In this document: piece after piece, positions 23,560-38,349 of the stretch
How positions within the stretch are numbered: the first letter of the stretch is position 1
Layout of the letters: each line of letters starts with the position of its first letter
Origin: Chiloscyllium plagiosum
Lineage: Eukaryota
NCBI RefSeq assembly: GCF_004010195.1
Contig: NC_057720.1
Span: 35,789,345 to 35,853,344 of the forward strand
Length of the DNA stretch: 64,000 nt
Direction: 5' to 3'
Made by a program: the position numbers and the translations under genes
Notes under the pieces: generated by a model
What the model was told of the DNA's origin: nothing
Databases searched by the model: none
Seen by the model: only the letters and a program-made list of their open reading frames with translations

Positions 23560-25080
23560 GAAAAATAGGAGAAGGAGTAGGCCATTCAACCCTTCCAGCC
23601 TGCTTTGCAATTCATCATGTTCATGGCTGATCATTTAACTTGGGAGCTTGTTCCAAATTTTACCCCATATCTTTTGACCTCTTTAGCTTCAAGTCCTATA
23701 TCCAACTCTTTCTTTAAATCATGCAACGTTTTGGCCTTGACTGCTTTTTGAGGTAACAAATTCCACAGTTTCACCATTTTCTGAGTGAAGAAATTTCTCG
23801 ATATCTCAGTCCTAATTGACTTACTCCAATCGTTAAACCGACACCCCTGATTCTGGACTGCCCCGTCACTGGGAACATCATTCCTTCATCTACCCTATCT
23901 AGTCCTATTGGAATTTTATAGATTTCTATGAGATCTCGCCTCATTTTTCTGAACTCCAGCAAATACAATCCTGAACGATTCCCTGGATGGGTATATGATT
24001 AGGAAGGGTTTAGAGGAATATTGGCCAAGTGCTGGCAAATAGGACTAGATTAGTTTGGGATATCTGGTTGGCATGGACGAGTTGGACCTAAGGGGTCTGT
24101 TTCCATGCCAAACATCTCCATGGCTCTGTGACTGTCTTTATATGCCAGTCCTGTTATCCCAGGAACCAGTCTGGTAAACCTTCACTGAAATCCCTCTGGA
24201 ACAAAAACATTCTTCCTCAGATAAGGAGTTTAAAACTGCACCTAATATTCCAGATGTGGTCTCACCAAGGCCCTGTACAATTGCAATAAGACGTCCCTAA
24301 TCCTGTACACGAATCCTCTCATTAGGGCCGACATACCATTTGCCTCCTTGACTGCCTGCTGCACCTGCATGCTTACTTTCAGTAACGAGGACACCCAGAT
24401 CTCAGTGCAAATTTCCTTCTCTTAATTTATAGTCACTCAGATTCTAATCTGTCTTCCTTGTTCTTGCTCCCCAAATGGATAACTTCACCTTTATCCATAT
24501 TAGCCTGCAGCTGCCTTGCATTTGCACACTCACTCAGCTTATCCAAATCATACTGAAATATCTTTGCCCTCCTCACAGCTCCCCCTCCCACGCAGCTTCG
24601 TTTGATTTGCAAATTTTGAGATAATACATTTAGTTCCCTCATCTAAATCATTAATATGTGTTTTGAAAAGCTGGGATGCTAGCAGTCATCTCTTAATCAC
24701 TGTTTACCATTTTGAAAGGGACCTACTTATTCCGACCCTTTGTATCCTGTGTGCCATTCAGTATTCCATCCACCTTGGTACAGTACACCCAGTTCCATTT
24801 GCTTTAATATTACATGCTAATCTCTTGTATGGGATTTTATTGAAAATCATCTGAAAGTCCGTATAAATCGTATCAACTGGTTCCTCTCACCATTGTATGA
24901 ATTATATCCTCAAAGAATTCCAGTAGAATTGTCAAGAGTGATTTCCCTTTCATAAATACATGCTGACTCTGTCTGACATTGCCACTGTTTTCTAAGGGCT
25001 ATCTTAAAATGGACTCAAGCATTTTCCCCACTACTGATGTCAGGCTGACTGGTCTATAATTCCTAGGTTTCCCTTTATAT
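23560..25080 (-). mobile_element. Decayed CR1 LINE with a nested plus-strand CR1 tail (about 23984-24135)
   Basis: Minus-strand RRDLIEIYKI and RT-region similarity. Confidence 0.8.
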
Positions 25081-25166
25081 ATATATTTTTGTAAGTACCT
25101 GAGGAGTTGTATATGGTGCTGAACATCGTACAATCATTTCTGTCTCCCCCCTCTCGCTCACTCCCC

Positions 25167-25515
25167 GGCAGCATGGTGGCACAGGGGGTGGCACGGTGGC
25201 ACGGGGGCGGAACTGCTGCCTCACAGCGCCAGAGACCCAGGTTCAATTCCTGCCTCAGGCAACTGTCTGTGTGGAGTTTGCACATTCTCCCTGTGTCTGC
25301 GTGGGTTGTGGATTTCCTCCAGGTGCTCCGGTTTCCTCCCAAAGATGTGCAGGTTAGGTGAATTGACCATGCTAAATTGCCCATTGTGTTAGGTGAAGGG
25401 GTAAATGTAGGGGAATGGGTCTGGGTGGGTTGCTCTTCGGAGGATCGGTGTGGACTTGTTGGGCCAAAGGGCCTGTTTCCACACTGTAAATAATCTAATC
25501 TAATCTAATCTAATC
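25167..25515 (+). mobile_element. HE1-type V-SINE with reiterated 5' head
   Basis: V-domain and (taatc)n tail; the ggcacggtggcac head motif is repeated. Confidence 0.92.
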
Positions 25516-25519
25516 AAAA

Positions 25520-26870
25520 CATTCCTGCTCCTGATCTTTTGATGGAGAGAAGGTCATTGGTGAAACACCTGAACATGTTTGGGCCCAGGGTACCACTTTG
25601 AAGACCACATGCAGTGATGTCCCCATGACTGAAATGATTTACATCAAATGATCACAACTGCCTTCCTTTGTGCTAGCTGTGACTGCAACTAATGAAGTTA
25701 GGTTCTTCATTACCATTGTCTTCAGTTTAGCCAGAGGTTTGTGACACTGATCCTTTTTAAATGCAGACTTGCTGATGACTGAGAATAACTGAATGAGCAG
25801 TAATTGGCTGGGTTGAGTTTGTCTAGAGTTTTGTGGATGGGACATGGCTGGACGATTTTCTACACTGCTGGTTCGTTGCACGTGTAATAGGTGTAGCACA
25901 ACAAATTGCTGTGGGCGCAACTCATTCTTGAGCATATGTTCAGTGTACTATTGCTGGAATGTTGTCAGGACCGATAGTCTTTACAATATCTAATGCCTTC
26001 AGCTGTGCCTTTATTTTATGGGGAGTAAATCACGTTTGCTGAAGTTTGGCATCTGTGATGATGGGGACCTAAGGAAATAGATCATCCACTTGACACTTTT
26101 GGCTGGAGATAGTTGTGAATGCTTGAGCTTTGTCTTTCACACTGATGTATTGAGATTCCACATCATTAAGGAAGGGGATATTTGTGAAACCTTATCCTCT
26201 TGTTAGTTGTTTAATGGTCTACCACCATTCATGACTGGATGTGGCGGGATACCACAAGTTATATCTGATCTGTTGGTTGAGGGACCACTTAGCTCTGTCT
26301 ATCCTATGCTCTTTGTGCTGCTTGACATGCAAAACTGTTGCTTTACCAGATTGTCACCTAATTTTTAGATATGCTTAGTGCTGCTCCTTGCATACCTCAC
26401 TGCACTCCTCATTGTACCAGGGTTGATCTCCCTGTTTCCTGACAATGGTGGAATGGTGGATATGGTGGACCATATGGTTATACAATGGAGTTTAATACAA
26501 TTCTGCTGGTCCTGATGACTCATTGTTGTTCATTTCAAGTTCCTCGATGTTTTGAAAATCTACCTCATTTAACTATAAAATATAATGGAAGGTATCCTTA
26601 ATGTGAAGATTAGAGTTTTTCTCCAGTGGTTTATCCTGTCAATAGGACAGGACATACCAAGGGATGGTGATAATAGTGTCTAGGAGATAGCTTCCATGGC
26701 ATGGTTTTGTGAGTGTGACTGTGTCAGGCTATTGCATGAAAAGTCTGTCACAAGCCCCAAGCTGTTAGTGAGGAGGATGTTTAGGATCAACAAGCCTGAA
26801 TTTGCCATTGCCATTGCCATTTCCTGTAACTAGGTCAGTGCCAGATACTCTGTCCAGTTTCATTCCTTTC
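25520..26870 (-). mobile_element. Ancient CR1/L2-superfamily LINE fragment
   Basis: Reverse-strand similarity to 27720-28990 and 46640-47450. Confidence 0.55.
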
Positions 26871-27719
26871 TTCAGATTTCATCGACAGGTTTTTTTCAAC
26901 AATTGACAAAGATTTCATGGTTCCTTTTAGTCAGCCTTTTAATTCCAGATTTTTATTGATTGCATTCAAATTCCAATGGTGGATATTAAGGTACATTTGT
27001 AGAACTTAGTCTGGACCTTGTCCAATGACAGTTTTACTGCACTGCCAGTTCCACAACTAATTGACAACTATGTCAACTTATGTTAAGTAAACAAACGCGG
27101 TAGTGCATTTTGGGGGTTGTGTTTGAAACTTTTAACCAGAGATTATTGAAAATTTTATATGCTAAATTCATGTCATGAGTTAGTCCTAATTTCCTATTTA
27201 TTAAATGATGGAAAAAAGTAATTAAATTTTTTAGTACACCTGTCAAATGCTCAGGAGATCCCAAAGCTCTTTATAATGTTGTGTAAACTAATCTGGCAGC
27301 CAACTTATGCTCAACCATGTTCTGTCAATGCCTCGTCCATGCTGCTGTTTCAATAAAGATTGTGAAAAACAGTGGTTCTAATTCTAATTCCTGCATGATT
27401 ACAATAGTCATCAATCTGCAGACATAACCACTATCATTGGCAATAACTTCCTGCCTGTAAAGTTTTAACCAATTCCAACTCAAGATTGCCTGCCACTTGT
27501 ATTGCACTCAGTGGTGTCACACTTTTCAAAAACTAGAAAATCCATGTAAATGATATCAAGCCTGAGCTGCCGACAATCAATGTCATAGTAATTACCTCAG
27601 GATATTCAATCAGTTTGGTAAGACGTGACCTCTTTGTTTATCAAAGCTATGTCGACTCTCTGGTAGTCACTCCCTCTCCAGACACGTTGTGTAATTCCAA
27701 TAATCCCTTGTACAAACCT

Positions 27720-28990
27720 GTACTTATGAAAAAAACTGGCAGATCAGATCAAAACTTTTAAGTTTATGCCATAACCAGTCCTGAATGATGATAGATAATT
27801 AAGCAACTGGAAAAGGAGTATCTGTGAACACCATTATCCTCAATGATGATGATTCCAACACAAAATACAAGGATGAAGCATTAGCAACCATTTTCAGTCA
27901 GAAGTATCAAGTGAATGATTCATCTCACCTTATCCTGAGACCACCACCATCACAGAAGTCAGTCTACAAAGGATATATTTCACTCCATGAGATATCAAGA
28001 AATGGGTGAGTACAGTGGATAGACCCAGGTTTTAGCCCCTAATAGCTTCTTGGCTGCAGGGCTGAAGACTTCTGCTCAAGAACTTCAGCCAAGCTCTTCC
28101 AGTATAGCCACAATGTTGGCATCAGACTGACAAAGTAGGAAATTGCCATGGCATATCCATTAAACAATGCAGGAAATGTTAAATACAAGTAAATTAGTGC
28201 CCCATAAGTCTATTGTCAAGCATCAGTGAAGTGATATGATGTGTGATCAGCAGTGCCGTCAAGTGACATACTCACTAATAATGTGTTCAATGATGCTCAG
28301 GTTGGGTTCTGCCAGAATCACTCAACTTTAGATGTTATTGAATAGCCCAAGCCAAAATTTAAACAAAAATGTTGAACTTATAAGTTTCGCCATAAATGAT
28401 GTCCTTGACATCAGGAGAGATGACTTAACGTGGCTTCAAAGAATCCTTACAAATTGAAGTCAGTGGAAACCAAGGGGCCAACTCTGCACTGGTTGGAATC
28501 ATACCTGGTACAAAGGAAGATAACTGTAGTTGTTGGAGGCAAACCATCTTAACCACTTCAATGCAAGGGCTGCTCAGTTTAATGTTCTAGGCCTAACCAT
28601 CTTGAGTCACTTCATTTGTCACCAATCATAAGATCAGAAATGTAAATGTTTTCTGATGATTGCAGAGTGTTCAGTGCCATTCACTACTACTTAGGTCACG
28701 AGACAGAAAATGGTTTCATGCAGCAAGGCCTGGACAATGTTAGACGTGGGCTGAGAACTGGCAAGTAACATTTGTACCACACAAATACCAAACCGTGATG
28801 ACCACCTGCAATAAGCATCTGACCTTCTAATAAAAATATAAACTCATCCTCTTGGTATGGTTTAACTGTCATCAAACTCCTCACCATCCACATCTGAGGT
28901 GTCACCATTGATTATAATCTTAACTGAAATTCCATGTAAATATTCAGGGTACAGAACCAGGTCAGAGATTAAATATTAGGGAACAAACAG
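27720..28990 (+). mobile_element. Ancient CR1/L2-superfamily LINE RT fragment
   Basis: EALATIFSQK, LKTSAQELQPSSS and FSDDCRVF (FADD-like) remnants. Confidence 0.65.
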
Positions 28991-30414
28991 CTTATTATAC
29001 TCCTCACCCATTTATTTAAGCATCTTCAGTTGAATGCCATTAATGTCTACATCTCCAATATGTTTTGTGATCACTTATTTAATGATACTAGCTGATGTTA
29101 TTACTGGACAAATAGAACCTAGACTGAAATCTGGCTTGATAGTTCATAGTTTGTTTTTAATAATGCATTCTGTCATTGAAACATAAGGCACACAATGTTG
29201 CAGATCTGTTTTTTTCCAATAAAATGGAACTTGTGTTAAAGAAATGAAGATGAAATGGAATAAATCAAACTATTTAATATTAACACATTTAAAGATCTTG
29301 AAATCATGTTAATCTCAACAACAGCTCTTTTCAATACTCAAAAACAGAGAGAGTTACCCTTCTCTATCACACGTTTAGTTTTACTTAATAAGTACTTTAA
29401 TCCCGACTTGTAAGAATCTGATATTCTCTTCTTTGAGCTTTCATATATCTTAGCATATGCTTTTACAGCTTCAAGCAATCCCTTCAGTATTGTAACCAAA
29501 CACTTTTGGTTTGGAACTTTAAAACTAATCTCCTTCCACTGAGACAACCTATTTCCTGACATTTCTAAACCATCTCCTTTCATCTGAAGTAACAGTTTAA
29601 CACATTCAGCTTTAATTAAGACAACATTTTACAAAATTGACAAACTGAAAACCAAAAGTTATTTCCATGTTCTGGCTGCTTCCCCAAAAAAAAACCGTGA
29701 CCTAAATTGAAACCCAAATTGCATCACTGCTGACTTTGTTCATTCATAAAAGTAACTGTTCCAGTGAAAACAAAACCAGGAACATTCTCTCTTGTATTGT
29801 ATTGTTTTTAAAAGAATATACTGTGGCTACAGAAATAGTTATATGTTAAACATGGAAACCCTTTCAGACATATGGACCAAACCCAAATGCCATGAGGCTG
29901 AATTCCAAACCCTGAAATAAATGATATTAAAATATAGACAATTCAAATCATATCCATATGTACTTTGACCTATGCAACTTTAGAGTTAATTATATGAAGC
30001 ATCACCTAATGGAATGAAGACTGATAGGGAATGTCCATTTGAAATGATTCCTGTATTATACAAATTTACCTGAATTTACTAAGCACAGTAGACTTTCTTT
30101 TTGACAGTTAGGGAGAATGAATGTAGATCAGACTAACGACAGTAAAGTCTCCTTTCTTTGCCAGTTGTAAATGAAAAGGGGTTGGGATGTCTTAACCTGT
30201 AGCACACAATTGGTTCATAACTCAGCACTAATTTGCACTTAATCATCATCTTACTCAGAAAGGCCATGAGAATGGCTACTTAGGGGAATGGAAATATTCA
30301 CACCAGTGCAATGGTCAAAGTGCTGAGAAAGCACATTGGTAGTGCGGAATAAGGAGAACTTTTTTCAGCATCTAACCTGACATTGGAGGATTTGATGCTG
30401 ATTGATACCACAAT

Positions 30415-30560
30415 TCCACAGTACATTAGGTTACATTATATTACAGAACATGTACATTACATTATATTTCAACTCGAGCACAGTACATTATCTTACAGTA
30501 CATGTTCATTACTTTTTATTACTGTACTTATCCAATATGTTACTATACATTACACAGTGA
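30415..30560. repeat. Degenerate (TACAT)n low-complexity repeat
   Basis: Repeated tacatt/tacagt/tactat units. Confidence 0.6.
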
Positions 30561-33500
30561 AGTGAAAAGCCTCATGAATGTATGTCCCAAATACGTGCAG
30601 CTCAGCAGGCAGACACCTGCCATAAGTTGGACAGGAATACAACAAAAAGCTACAAATGGCATTCTGCCAGGACTGTATCCTAGTGGATTTTTGTATTTAC
30701 TGTTTGTCCAAATTTCAAGCAGGTAACAGATTATAGATGTTATATCCTCTTTCATATTCAGTCTATTTGATATTCTGTTCCCAAAATCAGTGAATGGAAA
30801 TATTCCATACACTCAAAGAAATTAGAATTTAGAAGGAGACCATTTAGCCCATTGTGCTTATGCTGGTGCTCACCATTCAGTTAAAGTTGTGGAGCTGTTT
30901 ACACTAACTCTAAAATATGGAAGAAATTTTAAGCCATGAAAAGTGATAGGTTTGGGTTGGATGAGAAGGTAAAGGGTTAAAATAAAACTTCAACTTTGAA
31001 CTCAATCTGCTTCCACCCCTCCAGCTTCCAAGGTTGGGGATATGGGGAGGCAATGAATGACCAACCTGCTGCCAGGAGTTTACATGTTTAAATATTTTAA
31101 TTACATTTCAAATTTTATCTTTTACTGTTTAACCAGACTGAAAAACCCAGTAGCTGAATGGACTGATGTGCATAAAACAAAAATGCCTTTACAGAACTGC
31201 TTGTGAGTTAAGAATATGTAGTTCCCGCCTACCCTCTATATGCAGCATTTGAGCCCCTGTGCCCCATAATCATTGATTCTTCATGCTTCTCATTCACTGA
31301 TACACTTGCAAACGCCACCTTCAAGCACCATTCCTTTGGAGCACGGAACAGAGAACTGTTCCTGGGTCCAGAGCCCATTCCTGGTGGCAAACAGTCATAT
31401 GTTGGAAATTTGACTGAGACATCCATTTGATTGACATACAAAGAGGTTTCCAGTCCTGTAAAGGTGAAGAAGTGGGATTTCAAAACTGGATACCAATCAG
31501 AGGTCCTTAGCCTTCAAGCAGCCAAATACAGTAAGGGTAAGAAACTGAGAGGGTCCAACAATGTGAAAGTGCCCTTTCACCAACTTCTTCAAAAATTAAA
31601 ATGAAAAAATAGAAAAGGTATCAGGATTAGGGATAGGTTAGGGGATGGATGGGGAAATCACTTAATAAAGCAGTTTTTGGCAGCATCCACACCGAGGAGG
31701 ACAGGGATGGCTTTCGGCCTGTGTGGATGACTGACATCCTGGCCTGTTGGAGGTTGCCTGTCTTCAGACTGTTAGCCTGTCTCCCTGCCATGCTCATCAA
31801 CTGGAGGTTGACCTGACAAAAATGACTTCCCATCAAACTCTGAATCTGTCTCTCACAGATTAGCCAATTTAAGAATGGGACTGGGAAACTACCCATCTGC
31901 CAGTACCCACATCCACCCATGAGCTCAGTAATGTTTGAAAATCTGACCCCCTCTTCTCTGCCCCAATTTCTCTCTCTCTCTGGGCCACACTGATCACTCC
32001 ACTCTCTGACTTGCCACACCAGGATCTTTAGTCTGAGTAACAAATCCATCTACTTGTGCATTATGGCTTATCTTGCAGTATCTCCTACTTGACAGGGAGC
32101 CAAACCTGCAATCAGACTGACTTCCACATAGGGATCCTGTTTAACAAACATACACACAGCGAAATTAAAACCCTACAGCATACAGGGAAAGGAGCTTTTC
32201 CACACCAGACTTCCTCAGAGCCATTTGGATATCCAAAGCATCTAAACAAAGAATCCTCTCTGAGTAGAGATGAATATAAGACAAATGCCATCTTTCTGAT
32301 GTTCGTTTTATGTCGTCAGATACCCTTAAACAGCAATATTGTCATTGAAGATAATCCTAAAATATGGATCCGATGACAAATATGCTATTGGACATAATGA
32401 ATGGAGATTTCATTTATTGAAATGAGAATTGGAGGCATGTGTGAAGTAATAATAACTTCATTAGCCAGGATGTGAGTTTCTCAGCTCTTTTGTGTATCCA
32501 GGCCTTTGCGTATCTGGGGAGGGTTTGGCAGGGGTATATGCTACACGTAATGGGTAGCCAACATGGTTTATTAAGGGCCATTTTAGGACATTTAAGAACT
32601 TCAGAGAGCTTTTGTCAGCCTCCTTGTTCCTGTCGGTGGTGGTAGGCCAATTTAGGTGCTCACAGTATGCTACCCAGCAGCAGACTGGGATGTGCTAATG
32701 CTTCAGTTAAGCCTAAAGACAGTCCTTGCCTGATTGGATGTTGCATCAGCTGCAGGCCAACCTGTAGCAGGTTACTATCCTCTCACTCAACCTCAAATCC
32801 TTCCACAGTTCAACTTCCTAATGGATTGTGGCCTGGCCTCAAAATCCATTATTTGTTATACTCCAGAAGGCTCAAGAAGGAGCACCTCTGTTTTGGAGCA
32901 TTCTTTGCCTTATGTAACTGCCATCATGTCCTACTTCTCCTTTCAAGTTGGATGGCTGCTAATTGGCCCTGCAGCATTGAGAGCCTGTCCGCTTCCCTTC
33001 AACAGTGAACCTGCCCTCTGGCTGTTACTTGGCCATGTCAGGGAAACATTCCAAGCAGTGACCGTTTCCCACACAGAGTGGGTTTCTGGTCCACCATTTA
33101 ACTTGAACGTAGAGTTAAAAAACCTCCAGGGGAAATACCGCTCATTGTCTCTGATCGAAAAAATCCGAGTGCTGACAAGGAGAAATAGCTCTCACTGGTG
33201 CCAATTGCCAATAGGTCACTATTTTAGGTCTGGCTAAAGCCAAGGACACCTCTAAGGGAAGCTCAGATAGGCATACAGAGATTTTCCTCAATATTATGGC
33301 ATGTCTGCAGCCAGACTGACAAAGTGCCAAATCTAATTTTGTACTTACTGCTGAAAAGTCGCTGAAGTTGGTAGAAGGTATTTATCATGGTGGCATCTTA
33401 AAGATAAAAGCATGGCTTCAAAAGCACAAGCATGAATAATCTAATATTTTTATGCACAAGAAAACACAGTTCAAGCTACTTTCAAGCAGACAGTGTAACT

Positions 33501-36500
33501 GTCAAATGCACAGCTTGGCCTCTACTTCAATCACCTTGGTGTAATACAATCAGTTATCCATAGCAGTATAACTTGATACAAACACATATGCATTTGTTCC
33601 TTCATTTTTTATCATCCCTGTATGTGGTACTCTAGTAATTAAATGAAAGGCAAAGAATCTGTTCTGAATAACAAATTCAAAGGACAGTTACAGGTCAATA
33701 TTTGTTACATTGAAAATCATAGTTATGGTTAACCAAAACACCTTTCCGTTTTCCGATGATGTCTTAAGTAAAGCTGCTATTATACCATGTTAGAGAAGAT
33801 GAAGCACAATGAACAACAAAACAACTTATTTACTCCAAAAGTTATCCTCACCACTAATGCAACCATCCTGTTTTGCTTTGACGTTCAGATTATCAACAGA
33901 TATATGAAGTAAAAAATCCAGATCACAGTAGTTCATATAATCTGTTCTCCACCATGCTTTCATTGACTCTGTCAATCAGTTTTCATGCTCTGTCCCTAAC
34001 TCACCTATAAATCTCTCAGGTTTCTAGACCCTTCTTATCCTACAGCCTCTCCAGTTTACGTAATTGCACACAACCTCTCATATCACCTTTGGCAGCCTCG
34101 TCCCTGTTCTAACTTAACAAGGAGTTGGGTATGTTCCAGAAAGTTGTAAAAGTTTTCTTCAATGAATGAAAATCCCAATTTTCTCCCTTGTTTCCATTGC
34201 TACCTCTTACATGTACTTGCAGTATAATGCAGATCTGAGCATTATACTGATGAATAGCTGAAAAACAAACTCTTTACCAGCAATGTTTAAAATGAAGGAT
34301 ATGAAACAATCAGTGTAGATGCAGATGACAGTGTAGATAAATTCACTAATTATGTGCCTTTGAATGGAGCAGTAAGCTTTTTTGCAGTTGAAGGAACTGC
34401 ACAACTGTGTAGTAACTTGATTTTTGACTCATTCTCTCTTTGGCTGCTCACTAGAAATACAGGATAAGAGTATTTAGATATGAACCCCAGTGTCTGGTAT
34501 TATCCTTAGTGTTCAGTTTTGTGCATTGTATTACATTCCTGTTATGTCTGAAATCCAAATGTCATGGATTACTGTTATAGCTTTCAACTGCCATCAATAT
34601 TTGTACAAGATGGATTATGTCAATAGATATCCAAAAGCTCCTTTAATCTACTAAACCATTTATAACATTTAAACTGTAATATTCTTTTGAAAAGTTTGGG
34701 AAATCAGTTCGTATCTTAAAATCAGTTTATATCTTAAAATGAAATCGGTTCACATTATTTTGATCAATAGAATATGGATTCAACATTATAAGAACCAAAA
34801 AGGGTTAAAGAGGGCAGGGAGGAGGGAAAATGTTCAGGGAGCCATTGTGCTAAAGATTAGCCAGTATTGCCTGAATAACTGAATGGATTGAATGTTATCT
34901 ATCATGGTACAAAGGGAGCCATTATTTAATAATTAATACTGAAGCGTTATTCTTCTGCTACTTGTATATAAGGATGAGTGTATCAGGAGACGAGACTTGT
35001 CTTTTATTCGATAACAACTATTATTTAGGCAAAAGCATCATTCCTTTTCATTTGTCATCAGCAGACAACGGTGTCAGCAGAGTTTATGATTTAGCTTTTT
35101 TATAATTTAGCTTTTTTATTCCTCCCAATGATCCACTGTAGAGTTAACTCTTTATAATCCATGGCTTTTGATGTGATCTAAATTAAGTAAAAATAAGAAA
35201 TGATTGTGCACTGGGAGGAAGATTTGCAGTTAGCAGATGAAGTGTCCAGTGGTTTTATTCCTGAACTCACTCCACTCTTTTTTCCCCCTTTCCCACTTCC
35301 TCCTCCACCATATCTTTGCTGAAATGTCTGACTTTCATACACTTCTTTGATAGCATGACTGAGATTGGAGAAAATTTCAATGTAAAGCACATACATTGGG
35401 AGAGAAAAAAATTCCCACACATTGCATTTTACATACCATAATATCATGTCCATTTAAAGCAGCATACTTTTCATGCAGAAATGTCACCAAAAGACACAGT
35501 TCTGAACCCTTATGGCCACAGAAGTAAGAAGAGCTGAGGTTAAATGCTGGGTTGAGCAGGGCTGTGTAAATTGTCCTAAGTTAAATACTGCATAGTTAAG
35601 AAGTTTATTTTTCTGTGTTTCATGAGAAAGGGTGAATTGTTTTATCATATTGAAATTCTATATTGGAGATTCATATGGTAGGCAAAAGCATAACTGAGAA
35701 ATTATACACTGTTTTACAATACATATTGGTGTGCAGAAAGTGATGATGAATAGAATTATTCCGTTGTGGGGTTATCAAATGATGTTATCATTCATAGGTT
35801 TGTGGCTATCATTTGACCCTCTTTTTGAGATAACATGTAGCTTTTTAAAAAAAAATTGGTTCTGCAAAACTCAAAATAGTCTTTTGTCTCACTTTGTTTG
35901 CTGATTGAGAATTTTTAACAGCTGCTGTTACAACAGTGTTTTACATTTAGTGGATGGGTGATGCAATTCATACAAGGATTATAATGTTAAAATTTTACCA
36001 CGTGATATAGTGATAATCAGTCCTTGTTTCTCAAAATGGTTCATTTAATAAATTAATACTTTTAAGAACATTTCATAATTCAGAATGACTGACAAATCTT
36101 TCCTTAGTGGGTGTTAATGAGAATATTACTGCTCAGCAACAGAGAATTCAATGCAATGAAATCAAACATGATAACTTAGTGCAGTGATCGGTAACTCAGC
36201 AAACTGATTCCCCAATGTATTAAAACTTAAGAACAAATCATCCATGGAATAGAGTCTCACACTGCTGTAGGGTTGCCATTTCTTTTGTTTCACTCATTGG
36301 AAAGATCTCTATTACTCATTCAACCCATGGTGCTAGATGGTACATGATCAAGCAAACTTGCATCAGAGATTTTGGAATGCTTTCTTGCCATTGCTTTAAC
36401 TTGAATGTTTTGCAGCTTAATATTAAGCAGAAATGTAGTCATTCCTCAATAAAATCTAGCCTTCATTCTGCCTGCGTTTAGGAGACAGGTCTGGCAAAAG

Positions 36501-37019
36501 AAGGAAAAAATAATAGAACGCTGGTTTTAAAAGCAAAATAAGATCAAACTTTTATCACCTGATTCTGTATTGTTTATTTCTATCTCCTCAACAAAACAAA
36601 AATGTTTTTGTGCCAGAGTGTTTATTCAAATAATTTGGGAGACATACCTTTCAGCAAGCAAAACATCTGATGGTGCAACAGGGAAAGCGAGATACTGAGG
36701 ATCCTGGAAATTGCATGCTGGTTAAATTGAATTAGTTTTATTGTCACGTGCACTCAAATGAGGGCAGTGAAAAGTTGGTAATGTCACCACTTATGGCACC
36801 ATCTTAGGTACAAGATATCTAGGAACTGATACTTAAGTATTTGGTCCAAAATTGAAAGAATAATAAATAAAAGTCTAGCAGAAGAATAAAAAGAAAAATA
36901 AAGGAATCGATTTACAGTCCTTTCACCCCCTTCCCGAGTCCGTGCCAACCCCTAGCCGCCAGACCGCACTGGGTCAAGTTTCCAGACCACACTGGGCTTC
37001 AAAACTCAAGGCCTCACCT

Positions 37020-37580
37020 CCAGTCTGCAAGAGCACTGCCTTACTGTGATTGCCTCCAGTCTGGGACTCAGCTTCAGGACTCACCTCTCCCAATGATGGT
37101 CTCCGGTTCAGAACTCACCTCCCAGCATTTCCCTCTGGCCTGGAACTTATATCCAGTGATGGCCTCCAGCTGGGATTCGCCTCCAGCATTTGCCACCCCC
37201 ATGATGGCCTCCAATCTGGGACTCACCTCCCAGCTCTGCCCTCTGGTCTGGGACTTGCCTCCCGTGATGGCCTCCAGCTGGGACTTGCCTCCATGATTTG
37301 TGCCCCCCACCCTCCACACAATGGCCTTCAGTCTGGGACTCACCTCCCAGCTGTGGCCTCCAGACCTGGACTCGACTCTGTGACTCACCTCCCTGCAGCA
37401 CCCTCTCGTCTGTGACTCAACTCCCCATGCCTGTCTCCACCCTTGGACCTGTCGCCCACGGTGACCTCCAGTCCATATCACCTCTGGGACTCAACTCCCT
37501 GTGTCAGTCTGTCAGCTGGGAGGCACCTCTCGCACCCCCCGCCCCCAAAGACGATCTCCAATCTGGGAGTTGCCTCCTCC
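37020..37580. repeat. GC-rich minisatellite (core ggcctccagtctgggactcacctccc) inside a putative ~1 kb non-autonomous retroelement
   Basis: More than 12 degenerate copies of ctgggactc/ctgggactt; repetitive peptides appear in several ORF frames. Confidence 0.8.
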
Positions 37581-38349
37581 ATTCTCCTCCAAATAAGTTT
37601 AAAAAGTTATAAGTTCTTTTTAAAACTCTCACAAAGAGAAAAATGAGAGAGAAAGAAAAACTATGGGTGGAGCAGTGGAGCTCTGGCTGGACCGATCTAC
37701 TTTGCTGCCATCTTGCAATTGCCCAGTGCCAACAGGGTGTCAGATAGCTTTCTGTATATGGGCAGTCAATGTGGGTGTAGCTGCCTCCTTTTATAAGCCC
37801 CTGAACCCATTAGAAGTACCTACAATGTCTAGCCCACCCAAGCCAACATTTATCCTTAATCCCTGGCCTGCCCAACCAATCCTTTTAAGGCTTGCCACAT
37901 GGTCCTGCCGATATTCTGTCTTTTTCACCCACTATCAACACATCACCATCACCATCATCAACAGCCCACCCTAGTACCTGACCACTGGTCTCTGTGTCCT
38001 GCTGCAGTGATAATATCTTTCAGGGATTGGCTGTAGTCCAGATTATCAACTGCTCCCAGTGGTGCCACTGGGACTGGCATCTTCCATAGGCAAGACTACC
38101 TCCCCAGCTGGGTGTGAAAGTCCCAGTTCAAGTCTACAAACTGTTAAAATGCTGTCGCGCAAACTGCTGGATTAGGGGGCTGATTTATATTTGGCATTTA
38201 TGTTGGGGGACATAGGATTTTATCACAGTGTCAAATTCCACCCATATCATTAGAGAACTTCACAGTGAGATCCAAAACATTTCTCTGTATTTTTTTCCCA
38301 AAGTTTCCAAAGAATTCTGGCTCTTCATTAATTTTTAAATAGGGACAAC

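Noticed and set aside
32734..33237. 167-aa ORF (and the 151-aa ORF at 62127-62582)
   Set aside because: No recognisable domain; 32734 lies in a decayed GC-richer repeat-like region; lengths are compatible with chance
30900..33350. GC-richer patches (also near 9730-10080, 37720-38260, 40940-41130 and 48030-48620) as regulatory islands
   Set aside because: They look like very old dispersed repeats, but I could not define boundaries or a family, so they are not annotated
37050..37646. Overlapping repetitive ORFs in many frames
   Set aside because: Explained by a stop-poor GC-rich minisatellite; no splice or homology support
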